DNA of 64,000 nt from Planctomycetota bacterium (GTDB lineage: Bacteria > Planctomycetota > UBA1135 > GCA-002686595): assembly GCA_038757895.1 (NCBI GenBank), contig JBCDGE010000012.1, positions 1 through 64,000 on the forward strand, in the 5' to 3' direction. The notes under the pieces are model-generated. The model did not search any database and was not told where the DNA came from. It saw only the letters and a program-made list of their open reading frames with translations. Position numbers and translations under genes: made by a program. Below, piece by piece: positions 30,379 to 38,947 of the stretch (the stretch's first letter is position 1; each line of letters starts with the position of its first letter).

Positions 30379-32076
30379 ATGACCCTACCCACCGCCCCTG
30401 CCGCGCTCGCTGCAGCGCCCATCCCCCAGATCCCCGTTCCGATCGAGATCTGGATCGCGCTCGCCGCGGCGCTGATCCTCTTCGGGTTCGTCTTCGCGAT
30501 CGCGCGGCGCTACAAGCGCTGCCCGTCGAACCGCATCCTCGTCGTCTACGGACGCACCGCGAAGGGCCAGTCCTCGAAGCCGATCCACGGCGGCGGCACG
30601 TTCGTCTGGCCGCTGATCCAGAGCTACGACTTCATCTCGCTGGATCCGATGCAGATCGAGATCCCGCTGGAGGGCGCGCTCTCCCTAGAGAACATCCGCG
30701 TGAACGTGCCGAGCGTCTTCACGGTCGCCGTCGGCACCGAGCACGAGATCATGAACAACGCGGCGATCCGCCTCCTCGGTCTGACGCAGTCCGAGGTGAT
30801 GAAGCAGGCCGAAGACATCATCTTCGGCCAGCTCCGCCAGGTGATCGCGTCGATGCGGATCGAGGAGATCAACCGCGACCGCGACGTGTTCCTGTCGCGC
30901 GTCCAGGGCTCGCTGGAGCCCGAGCTCGCGAAGATCGGCCTCGTGCTGATCAACGTGAACATCAAGGACATCACCGACAGCTCCGGGTACATCGAGGCGA
31001 TCGGCCAGAAGGCCGCGTCCGAGGCGATCCAGCAGGCGGCGATCGACGTCGCCGAGCAGGAGCGCCACGGCTCGATCGGAGTCGCGGAGGCCCTGAAGGT
31101 GCAGGCGATCGAGGTCGCCGAGCGCGAGAAGGTCAGGGACATCGGCACCAAGGAAGCCGAGCGCGAGCGCGCCGTCCGGATCGCGGACCTCGACAAGGAG
31201 CGCGAGATCGGCGAGAAGCAGGCGGCGTTCGAGCAGGAGGCCCAGGTCCGCGACGCCGAGCGCGAGATGCGGATCCAGGTCGCGGCCGCGAACGCCAAGG
31301 CGGTCGACGGCGAGAACGAGGCGAAGGCTCAGATCGCGTCGGCCAACGCGTCGCTGAAGGTGCGCGAGGCCGAGGCCTACCAGACGGGTGAGACGCGCGA
31401 GCGCGAGGCCAAGGCCGCGGTGCTCGAGGCCCAGTACCTCGCCGAGGCGAAGGCCGCCGAGGCCGAGGCCAAGAAGATCGAGGCCGAGAAGCGCGCCGAG
31501 CTCGAGGCGTCGGCGCGAGCCGAGAAGGCCGAGACGATCGTCGCGGCCCAGGCGCAGGCCGAGAAGGACCGGATCCGCGCGGAGGGCGAGGCCGCCGCGA
31601 TGTTCGCCCGCCTCGACGCCGAGGCGCGCGGTCAGTACGAGATCCTCAAGAAGAAGGGCGACGGTCTCCGCGAGATCGTCAGCGCGTGCGGCGGCTCCCA
31701 GCAGGCGTTCCAGATGCTCATGCTCGAGCACATGGACCACCTCGCCGAGACGGCCGCGACGGCGATCTCGAACATCAAGTTCGACAAGGTCGTGGTCTGG
31801 GACGGCGCCGGAGGCGGCGGTGACGGACAGGGCAGCTCCAGCACGAGTCGCTTCCTGCAGTCGCTCGCCGGCTCCCTCCCGCCGACTCTCCAGATGATGC
31901 GAGACATCGGCGGCGTCGAGATGCCGGAGTTCCTCGGCAAGCTGGTCAACGAGAACGGCGCGCCCCAGCGCGACGTGGCGGCCGAAGAGGTCGCGGCTGC
32001 GGACGACGATGCCACCGAGGAGCCGGCGGCGGAGAACGGCGCCGCGACGGCCGGCGCGGACACGAACGAGGTGTGA
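30379..32076 (+). CDS. Flotillin-family (SPFH/band-7) protein with long Glu/Ala-rich coiled coil
   Basis: N-terminal TM, SPFH domain (RILVVYGRTAKG...FVWPLIQSY...), extensive EA-rich heptad region. Start 2 nt after the NfeD stop. Confidence 0.85.
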   Translation: MTLPTAPAALAAAPIPQIPVPIEIWIALAAALILFGFVFAIARRYKRCPSNRILVVYGRTAKGQSSKPIHGGGTFVWPLIQSYDFISLDPMQIEIPLEGALSLENIRVNVPSVFTVAVGTEHEIMNNAAIRLLGLTQSEVMKQAEDIIFGQLRQVIASMRIEEINRDRDVFLSRVQGSLEPELAKIGLVLINVNIKDITDSSGYIEAIGQKAASEAIQQAAIDVAEQERHGSIGVAEALKVQAIEVAEREKVRDIGTKEAERERAVRIADLDKEREIGEKQAAFEQEAQVRDAEREMRIQVAAANAKAVDGENEAKAQIASANASLKVREAEAYQTGETREREAKAAVLEAQYLAEAKAAEAEAKKIEAEKRAELEASARAEKAETIVAAQAQAEKDRIRAEGEAAAMFARLDAEARGQYEILKKKGDGLREIVSACGGSQQAFQMLMLEHMDHLAETAATAISNIKFDKVVVWDGAGGGGDGQGSSSTSRFLQSLAGSLPPTLQMMRDIGGVEMPEFLGKLVNENGAPQRDVAAEEVAAADDDATEEPAAENGAATAGADTNEV

Positions 32077-32406
32077 CCTCTGCCGGATCCGAGCTGACCT
32101 GCCCGACAGGACTCACTCTGTTGAGGATGCGAAATCGAGACGGTGGGCGTTGGCGTATGGGCGCGCCCTGCCCGCCGCAATTGTCATGAGGAGGAGAGCA
32201 GGCCCATTCCAGATGACCGGCGTCGTTTCGATACGACGAATGACTGGGCGGATGCACGTGCGCCCGCCGTCGAACCACAGGGCGATCGTGACCGAACGCT
32301 ACCGACGTCCCTAGTGTCACGTCGCCCAAGACAGGCCCGCCGCCCCCGCCTTGCTATCAGGCCGAGACGGGGACGGGGGCCCTCACTGATTCACCCGGAG
32401 GTGAAC

Positions 32407-32682
32407 GTGAAACTGAATAGGAAGCGTACCGCTCAGCGGTCCGAATGGCACTTCGATGAGACTGATCGACCGTTCCACGAGCATCCTGAACTCCCCAGGC
32501 GCGCTCGAATTCTAGTCAAGGTGGCATATTTGCGGCTCCTCGTCGCGCTGCGCCGCCTGATCAGAGTCTGCACGCAGCTCATGCAGGCCGTCGTCAAGTG
32601 GATTCACACCGCTGGCTGGAGCGCTCGTGTGGTCCGACTCATCGTTCTGGTCCTCCTCGCAGTCGCGTCCGACGAGGCCTAA
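32407..32682 (+). CDS. Small hypothetical protein with C-terminal TM helix
   Basis: GGAG at 32397-32400 followed by GTG 32407. 91 aa with basic N-terminus and hydrophobic tail (VVRLIVLVLLAVAS). Lies in a lower-GC intergenic stretch. Confidence 0.3.
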   Translation: MKLNRKRTAQRSEWHFDETDRPFHEHPELPRRARILVKVAYLRLLVALRRLIRVCTQLMQAVVKWIHTAGWSARVVRLIVLVLLAVASDEA

Positions 32683-32830
32683 CAGCGATTCCGCGCGAGT
32701 CGCGGGCCGGCCTCCGCGCTGGACGCGGCTCAGGAGCCCGACGCCCCCAGCGGCATCGTTGGTCCACGACTCATGACGACGCCTGACCGGAGGTCTAGCG
32801 ACAGGAGCCGAGCTCCAGGAGAGCGCTAGG

Positions 32831-32869
32831 AAGGGCCCCCTTCATGCCAGCAAGCGGAAGGGGGCCCTT
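32831..32869. repeat. Perfect 12-bp inverted repeat (AAGGGCCCCCTT ... AAGGGGGCCCTT) with 15-nt loop
   Basis: Seen directly in sequence at 32831-32842 and 32858-32869. Intergenic, no flanking U/A tract. Confidence 0.5.
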
Positions 32870-33041
32870 ACTACGAATCTGAGACGAGGCCTCGATGCTG
32901 TTGCCAGCCGTGGGCCCATGCTCCTCGTCGGCAGCAGGAGCAGGGTCGGCCTCCGGCTAGACGAAGACGGCTAATTCGTAGCGCTCTCGCGGTGAGCTGG
33001 CGGCCGGTCGACCACGCGCAACGGAGGTATCCTCCCCGCCC

Positions 33042-34904
33042 GTGACCGACGCGCCCGACAACGCTCGACCGACTTGGAGGGTCGCCGCGCTCGCGGCGGC
33101 CCTCTTCGTCGTTTCGCTTGCGCTGCGCTTCGTCGGGGTCGACCAGGGGCTGCCCCACCGCGGCGAGCCGGACACGTACATCGTCCAGCAGGCGGAAGCG
33201 CTCGTCCTCGACGGACTGACCGACCGCTACCGCGCCGGGTGGAAGTACCCCCACCTCGTCGCGACCGTCGTCGCGGCCGTGCCGGCGGAGGACATCGTTC
33301 GCCCGCCCGACGGCGCTTCTCTGGAGGAGCACGAGCGCGCCGCGACGGCGCTGCACCTTCGGACCCGAAAGGTCGCCGCGGTCCTGTCGGCGCTCGCGGC
33401 GCCGGCGACGTTCCTGATCGCGCTCCGCTTCCTGCCGCTCGCGTGGGCGGCGATGGCCGGGCTGCTGGTCGCTGCGAGCCTCCTCCACGTGTGCTTCAGC
33501 GTGCAGGCGCGGCCGCACGGGCCGGTGTCCGCGTTCGCCGCGCTGGCGCTCCTCGCGTCGCTGCGCTGGGCGGAGCGGCCGACGCTGCTGCGCGCGCTCG
33601 CTCTGGCGGCCGCGTCGGCGTGCGCGGTCGGGTCGCTGCACACGGGCTTCGCGGTGCTCGCACCGATCGCGGTCGCGACGATCGCGGCGCTGCGGAAGAC
33701 CGGCGTCCAGCGCGCGCACGTCGTGGCGGGCCTGCTCCTTGTCGGTGCGCTCGTGGCCGCGAGCACGGCGTGGTTCTACGTGCGCGCCGAGGACGGGTTC
33801 GGCAAGGACCCGACGAAGACGGCCGCCGCCCAGTCGCAGAGGCGCGGCGGGCTCGGATCGGACGAGCTCAACGAGGCCGCGGGCACGGGCCGGAACGTCG
33901 ATACGGAGTACGAGGGTCGCCGCGTCATCCAGTTCAGCGGCCACGTGGTCGCGCTCGACCTGTTCGACGGTGGCGGCTTCGGCGTCGCGTGGCGGACGCT
34001 GAGGACCTACGACCCGCTGATCCTCGCGTTCGCGCTCCTGGGCCTCGCGGCCGCTCTCGCGCGAGCGAGGCCAGGACTGAGCTTCAGCGCGACGTGGATC
34101 GTGCTCGGATTCGGGGTGCCGACGCTGCTGCTCTACGGGCTCTACGCCCGCAGCACGGACCGGTTCCTCCTGATCCTGGTGCCGATGGCGGCACTCGCCG
34201 CGGCGTACGGACTGCGCGTCGTCGCAGCGCGCGTCCCGCGCGTGGGCGGCGTCGTCGCGGGCGTCGCGATCCTCGCCATCACGGTCGCCGCGGCCAACGC
34301 CGCGCGCCTCCGCACGCTGCCGGACACGACGCAGCAGGCCGCTCGCTGGCTGCAGACGAACGTCGACCCGGAGACGTCGGTCCACCTGGCGAACCTGCGC
34401 TCGATCCCCCTCTTCATGCGGCCCAGTGACCTACGCGCGGACATGACGTGGGCGAACGGTCCGTGGGAGTCGTACCAGTGGGCGCTCCTGCGCCCGCGCG
34501 GCAAGTCCGTGCGCGGCGAGCGCGACGTCCCCACCGAGCCGACCCTGGAGGGCCCGCGTCGCCTCGGCCGCAACCTGGTCTACCCGACGACGGCCGAGCA
34601 GTACCGCATGGTCCTGAGCGACCGCCCGAGCGAGGTCGCGACCGAGATCCTCGACGGCGCAGCGCCCGACCGCGCGATCCTCGCCGTGCACCCCACCGTC
34701 CACGCGGGCCCGGTCGACCACTGGGCGCTCGCGAAGGCCTGGCGCACGCCGCTGCAACAGGAGCCGTGGCGCCAGGTCCACCGGATCGAGAACGGCCTCG
34801 CGGACGACGAGCCCGCGATGGAATACCGCCTCGACTTCTGGAAGGTGCTGCGCGCGCGCGCGTACGGATCGACGCTGGAGATCTACGCGGCGGCTACGCC
34901 CTAG
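33042..34904 (+). CDS. GT39/GT83-like (ArnT/PMT-like) membrane glycosyltransferase
   Basis: 620 aa, multiple N-terminal TM helices with a conserved acidic loop (RGEPDTYIVQQAE). Large C-terminal periplasmic domain. Confidence 0.65.
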   Translation: MTDAPDNARPTWRVAALAAALFVVSLALRFVGVDQGLPHRGEPDTYIVQQAEALVLDGLTDRYRAGWKYPHLVATVVAAVPAEDIVRPPDGASLEEHERAATALHLRTRKVAAVLSALAAPATFLIALRFLPLAWAAMAGLLVAASLLHVCFSVQARPHGPVSAFAALALLASLRWAERPTLLRALALAAASACAVGSLHTGFAVLAPIAVATIAALRKTGVQRAHVVAGLLLVGALVAASTAWFYVRAEDGFGKDPTKTAAAQSQRRGGLGSDELNEAAGTGRNVDTEYEGRRVIQFSGHVVALDLFDGGGFGVAWRTLRTYDPLILAFALLGLAAALARARPGLSFSATWIVLGFGVPTLLLYGLYARSTDRFLLILVPMAALAAAYGLRVVAARVPRVGGVVAGVAILAITVAAANAARLRTLPDTTQQAARWLQTNVDPETSVHLANLRSIPLFMRPSDLRADMTWANGPWESYQWALLRPRGKSVRGERDVPTEPTLEGPRRLGRNLVYPTTAEQYRMVLSDRPSEVATEILDGAAPDRAILAVHPTVHAGPVDHWALAKAWRTPLQQEPWRQVHRIENGLADDEPAMEYRLDFWKVLRARAYGSTLEIYAAATP

Positions 34905-35063
34905 GCTGGCGCCAATACTGATAGCCACCCCCTTGAGTCTCGACGCTCTTCGAGAACCTAAGAACAGAGAGTCGGTGTCCCCCGTCTGGCAGAGCGTGAT
35001 CTGCTAGATTCTAATGAGTAGGAGACCGTAGCGGCCAGACGCGTAGGCCACTCAAGTCATGCA

Positions 35064-35720
35064 CTAGCGACTCCGCCCATCAGCCATTTGCAGTCCATGC
35101 TGAGCAAGCTCGGTCAATATTTGCTCCAAGCGCGCCTCTTTAATTCCAGGCGTCTCCAGCAGCTGGTCAGCTGTCATACTGCACAGCTGCTCAATACTCC
35201 CGATGCCGGAGTCACGAAGGCATCGATAGACACTCTGATCGAACTCGATCTGCAAACCTGTTCGCGCGACGACCCATCGCTCGGCCCCTGTACTCAACCC
35301 AACAGTTGCTTCATGGATCATCGAGACGATCCGATCGAGCCGTTCCTTCACCGCCTGCTGGGCTTCCTCTCGACCGAACAGGTAAAGATGACTCGCAATC
35401 GCAGCCTCCCTGATCAGGTACGGCGAAACGGACCAAGCTCCTCCTATATCGGCAAGGCAGCGAAGGGCCTGAAATCGACGATCTGGCTGCTCCGAGAGGT
35501 ACAAGACAGCGCGCTTCATCTGCAAGTGCAGACTATCTACTTCTCTTTCTTCGTCGCTGCAGTGGAACCACTCCTCGTACGCACTAATAGTCTGCAGTAG
35601 CGCCTCTCGCACCTCAGAGGAGTCAATCAAAGGACGTGACCAATCCACCCCGATTTCCCTGGCCACGCTATGCTGGCTCCGCCGTCTCGCGAGCAGCGAA
35701 CTCTCTGTCCATCTGATCAA
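35064..35720 (-). CDS. Protein with C-terminal RNA-polymerase alpha-subunit CTD-like helix-hairpin-helix domain (island gene D)
   Basis: C-terminus VYRCLRDSGIGSIEQLCSMTADQLLETPGIKEARLEQILTELAQHGLQM aligns with the RpoA alpha-CTD pattern (SVRSANCLK...I..LV.....ELL...N.GKKSL.EIK..L...GL.L). About 150-aa N-terminal domain unassigned. Low-GC island. Start uncertain (53-nt overlap with the upstream gene if ATG 35720). Confidence 0.5.
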   Translation of the reverse strand: MIRWTESSLLARRRSQHSVAREIGVDWSRPLIDSSEVREALLQTISAYEEWFHCSDEEREVDSLHLQMKRAVLYLSEQPDRRFQALRCLADIGGAWSVSPYLIREAAIASHLYLFGREEAQQAVKERLDRIVSMIHEATVGLSTGAERWVVARTGLQIEFDQSVYRCLRDSGIGSIEQLCSMTADQLLETPGIKEARLEQILTELAQHGLQMADGRSR

Positions 35721-36216
35721 GAATCATACCAACCGGACGATTTCGCTTCCTGAACATTTGTTCCTCTGGAACTCCAAGCGCCGATAGCCGCTGCTGATAC
35801 TCATCTACGAGAAACTCACTCAGTACGCCAACCCGGGCTGAGTCGTACCCAGCCCGGACCGCTTCTGCAGCGAAGTCTAGGCCAGCAGGCACACCGGCAC
35901 GAAACATGCTGTCGACTCGCGACGGCACTTCAAGATCGATAAGTATGTAGGTAAACCGATCGCGCATCACCTCGAAAGCTTCATGGGCCTCGGCGTGAGA
36001 TCGGGCTAGCACGACTACGAATCTCTCACCAAGATCTCTGACACGATCAATCGTGGTCGAATCATCCTCCAAATGCAGCACGACGGCGCGATCGTCGCAG
36101 CGGTTGACACGCCGCAAGGCTACACTATAGGCGTGGCCCGCACCCTCAGCATCATCAATGGGGGGCAAACGCCGTCTCCCCAGCGCTGATCTCAGCCACT
36201 TGACTGCTCGCTTCAT
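35668..36216 (-). CDS. Stand-alone response-regulator receiver (REC) domain protein (island gene C)
   Basis: VVLHLEDD (acidic pair), FTYILIDLEVPS (phospho-acceptor Asp context) and VGVLSEF (conserved Ser/Thr) in REC-like spacing. No output domain. 182 aa. Confidence 0.5.
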   Translation of the reverse strand: MKRAVKWLRSALGRRRLPPIDDAEGAGHAYSVALRRVNRCDDRAVVLHLEDDSTTIDRVRDLGERFVVVLARSHAEAHEAFEVMRDRFTYILIDLEVPSRVDSMFRAGVPAGLDFAAEAVRAGYDSARVGVLSEFLVDEYQQRLSALGVPEEQMFRKRNRPVGMILDQMDREFAARETAEPA

Positions 36217-36318
36217 TGCAAACTACCCCCCATCAGCGAGCCACTGATGGAATCCGGCTCCAACTGGAGTTGGAAGACTAGCGCGCTGCAATCCGCTCGC
36301 GCAATTGACGTCGATGCC

Positions 36319-37218
36319 TCAGCCATGAAACGACGGTGCAGCAGGAAGCCGCATCTCGACTTTGAATCTTCTTGGATTACCTGAAGTGATAAGTGGGTCG
36401 CCTGTCAGTGTCAGGCGCCCACCTTGCGACTCCACAGCCGATCGGGCGAGACTAAGCCCAAGTCCAGAGCCCTGTTTCGGCCGCTCACGGCGAGCTTCCT
36501 CTCCGCGCACACCGGGAGCGGCTAGATAGTCTAGCGAAAGCTCTTCCCGAAGCAAAGGTACGCCAAATGAAGAGATCGAAAGAACGACCTCGCGCGGCAT
36601 GGACAGATTCCTGCCAACAAGCTCGATGTATCTGCCGCTTCCTCTAAAGGAATATTTCACGGCGTTATGCACCAAATTATAGACCGCCACCCTAATTGGC
36701 TCAGCGTACCCAAGAACCCATCCTCGGCCATGAAACTGCGACACGAAGCGAATGCCCGCACTCGCAGCATCCTCGCCAAACACCTCTGACGCTGCCTGTA
36801 CCTGCTCGTAGAGATCGAAGCGCTCCTTTCGCCCAGCGTCCGCCCAGTACCCGGAGTCTAGTGCGGTGATCGCATTCAGGCAGGACAGTTGCATCCGGTC
36901 GATTCTCCCGGCGAGCCGCATACACAACGCCTTGGACGAAGACGATTCGTCAACTTCAACCAGTCCTTTGACGGCGCTGTATAGACCAGTCGCAGGGGTG
37001 ACGCGTGTCTCAGACGCTTGCGCCTCCACGTAGGCAGGACTCGCTAGGATCCCCGAGAGAAGAGCGTGGTAGAGGGCGCTCACATCGTGCAATGCAGCGA
37101 TCGCAATCCGACTCGATTCCTCCATTAGCAATGCGTTGGGCTGGGCATAGACAGTATTCGCGTTACTCATCGGGAAGCATGAAGTCGCGAATGAGGTTCG
37201 AGTCGAGCTCCGCTTCAC
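36319..37218 (-). CDS. Soluble histidine-kinase-like protein (DHp + HATPase_c; no sensor or TM domain) (island gene B)
   Basis: Candidate H-box IAIAALHDVSALYH. N-box VYNLVHNAVKYS. G2-box GSGLGLSLARSAVESQGG. Probable start is ATG ending 37170, giving an 8-nt overlap (ATGAGTAA) with the upstream gene stop. Confidence 0.55.
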   Translation of the reverse strand: MKRSSTRTSFATSCFPMSNANTVYAQPNALLMEESSRIAIAALHDVSALYHALLSGILASPAYVEAQASETRVTPATGLYSAVKGLVEVDESSSSKALCMRLAGRIDRMQLSCLNAITALDSGYWADAGRKERFDLYEQVQAASEVFGEDAASAGIRFVSQFHGRGWVLGYAEPIRVAVYNLVHNAVKYSFRGSGRYIELVGRNLSMPREVVLSISSFGVPLLREELSLDYLAAPGVRGEEARRERPKQGSGLGLSLARSAVESQGGRLTLTGDPLITSGNPRRFKVEMRLPAAPSFHG

Positions 37219-38947
37219 GGAGCCAAGTCAGCGTGTCGCTATGCAAGACGTCTACTGTAGGCGCACCACACATTCTCGCAGCCGAAAGTGCAGCGATGCC
37301 TCTCGCGGCGATCATTGAAACGCTACGCCGCTCTTCATCTCGATTTGGCGTACCATCATCCGGCGTCGCCGCTACCGCGTTGTTTAGAATTACGGGGCTG
37401 CCCAAGATCGCGGCTGCGCGCGGTAGATCAATAGAGTCCGCGTACTCTCCGAGAAGCGAGTAGTACTCGGCGATAGTGATGTAGACTTCACGACGAGCGG
37501 CGCCGGGCGCCTCGATCTCCGACTCTAGCGACAGTATGGTTTGACACGTACGTTTGAGAAAGCGCTGGGCGCCGCGCAAGCCGCAGTCCTCTCTGAGGAA
37601 CCGCACTGTCGCAGCTGCATGAGCGATCTCCTTACCTCCAACCCACGTTTCTTTCCCATACTCGTCAATCCATAGACGGATCGCACGCAGTCGGATGTCT
37701 GCGAGATTATTCACAGCACGCAAGACTGAGAAACGCGAAGTAAATCGGTCCGGTTCGCCGGAATAGCACGAATGCGCCCGCTCCAGAAGATCGAAGCGAG
37801 TTAGTGCCTCGCCGCTTGTCGCACTGACTAGCCTAAGATCGCGAAAAGCCGAATCTTCGCGGAGGGCGTCTGTCGCCCACTCGCCGTGTTCCTCGGCAAG
37901 CGAGATATAGGCGATTGCACGAGCAGATTGACGCATTGATAACCCTGTCGCACCGCTGCTAGCCTGTAGGCTCGATTCGATTAAGCCGGTGAGGGCCAAA
38001 ACGCGTAGAGCATTGCGAACGCGCTCGTCCGCCCCACGAGCCGTTGCATTATTCAACGCTACGCAGACCAGAGATGCGAGCATCGCATCCGGCGGAGTTA
38101 TCTGCTGACATCGATCGGCAAACTCGTCCGTGAATTCGACGCAGCTCGACCCGGACCAAATCAGCTGTGGGTAGGTCAAGGCAAGTCTGTCTACCGACGC
38201 TTCAAAGGCTCCCCTCCCTTGCGGTTGAACAAAGAGAGAGTGGCAGGCGCCCTCAAGCCCACGCCATCCGAACTCTGCGCGCTTCGCCGACTGTGGCGAA
38301 AGCTCGGCAGACGCAATTAATGGGCGCAGCTGCGACAGAGGCGTATACTCGAGTGCTGACCCAGACGCGAGTGCGAGTACTGCAAGTTCGCGGCTGCTCG
38401 GATTCGAAGCGTAGATTACTGTTCGCCGGAAACCGACGACACCAAGTGCGACGATCGACGCAGCAACGACGATGCCAGCTCTGCGGTCCCGTCGTCTTCG
38501 AAATTCGACGCGACGTTGGCGGTCGGCGAGAGTGTGCATCTGGGTAACGAGGTCGTACCAGTTCGGCTCGTCTGGCTCAAGCTGTTGATACCTAGCACTG
38601 GTGCCGTCTGTGCCAGCTTCTGGTTTGCCGACTTCTTCGGTCGGTCGAGCGGCACGAACTCCATGCTCATCGCTCAGTCGTAGCGCGTCGCCCAGCGGGG
38701 CAAAGTTCCCGCTTGTTGCTGGCGGAACGGCTAGCAGAATCCTGTACACACGCGGGATGAGCAAGAACAGTAGGCCGAGAGCGGCAGCCGCCGTCATTAG
38801 CGACGTTGCCCCGAGACGCTTGGGCGCGGTCCGCCAGAGGTCTCGAACTTGAAGATAAGACGCAGGATCAAACAACCAACTCTCAAAGAGCAGGCCGATC
38901 GTACCGAGGATCAGAAGGGCTGCGCCGACCTTGCGGGTGCGGTCCAT
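37163..38947 (-). CDS. Large membrane protein of unknown function (3 predicted TM helices + about 380-aa soluble domain) (island gene A)
   Basis: Start placed at MDRTRKVGAALLILGTIGLLF (ATG ending 38947). No recognisable motif. Low-GC. The N-terminal 82 codons of ORF 37163..39193 are probably not translated. Confidence 0.45.
   Translation of the reverse strand: MDRTRKVGAALLILGTIGLLFESWLFDPASYLQVRDLWRTAPKRLGATSLMTAAAALGLLFLLIPRVYRILLAVPPATSGNFAPLGDALRLSDEHGVRAARPTEEVGKPEAGTDGTSARYQQLEPDEPNWYDLVTQMHTLADRQRRVEFRRRRDRRAGIVVAASIVALGVVGFRRTVIYASNPSSRELAVLALASGSALEYTPLSQLRPLIASAELSPQSAKRAEFGWRGLEGACHSLFVQPQGRGAFEASVDRLALTYPQLIWSGSSCVEFTDEFADRCQQITPPDAMLASLVCVALNNATARGADERVRNALRVLALTGLIESSLQASSGATGLSMRQSARAIAYISLAEEHGEWATDALREDSAFRDLRLVSATSGEALTRFDLLERAHSCYSGEPDRFTSRFSVLRAVNNLADIRLRAIRLWIDEYGKETWVGGKEIAHAAATVRFLREDCGLRGAQRFLKRTCQTILSLESEIEAPGAARREVYITIAEYYSLLGEYADSIDLPRAAAILGSPVILNNAVAATPDDGTPNRDEERRSVSMIAARGIAALSAARMCGAPTVDVLHSDTLTWLREAELDSNLIRDFMLPDE

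Noticed and set aside
32871-34429. ORFs 32871..34385 (-) and 33074..34429 (+)
   Set aside because: Antisense or alternative frame to the GT39-like glycosyltransferase. Arg/Gly-rich low complexity.
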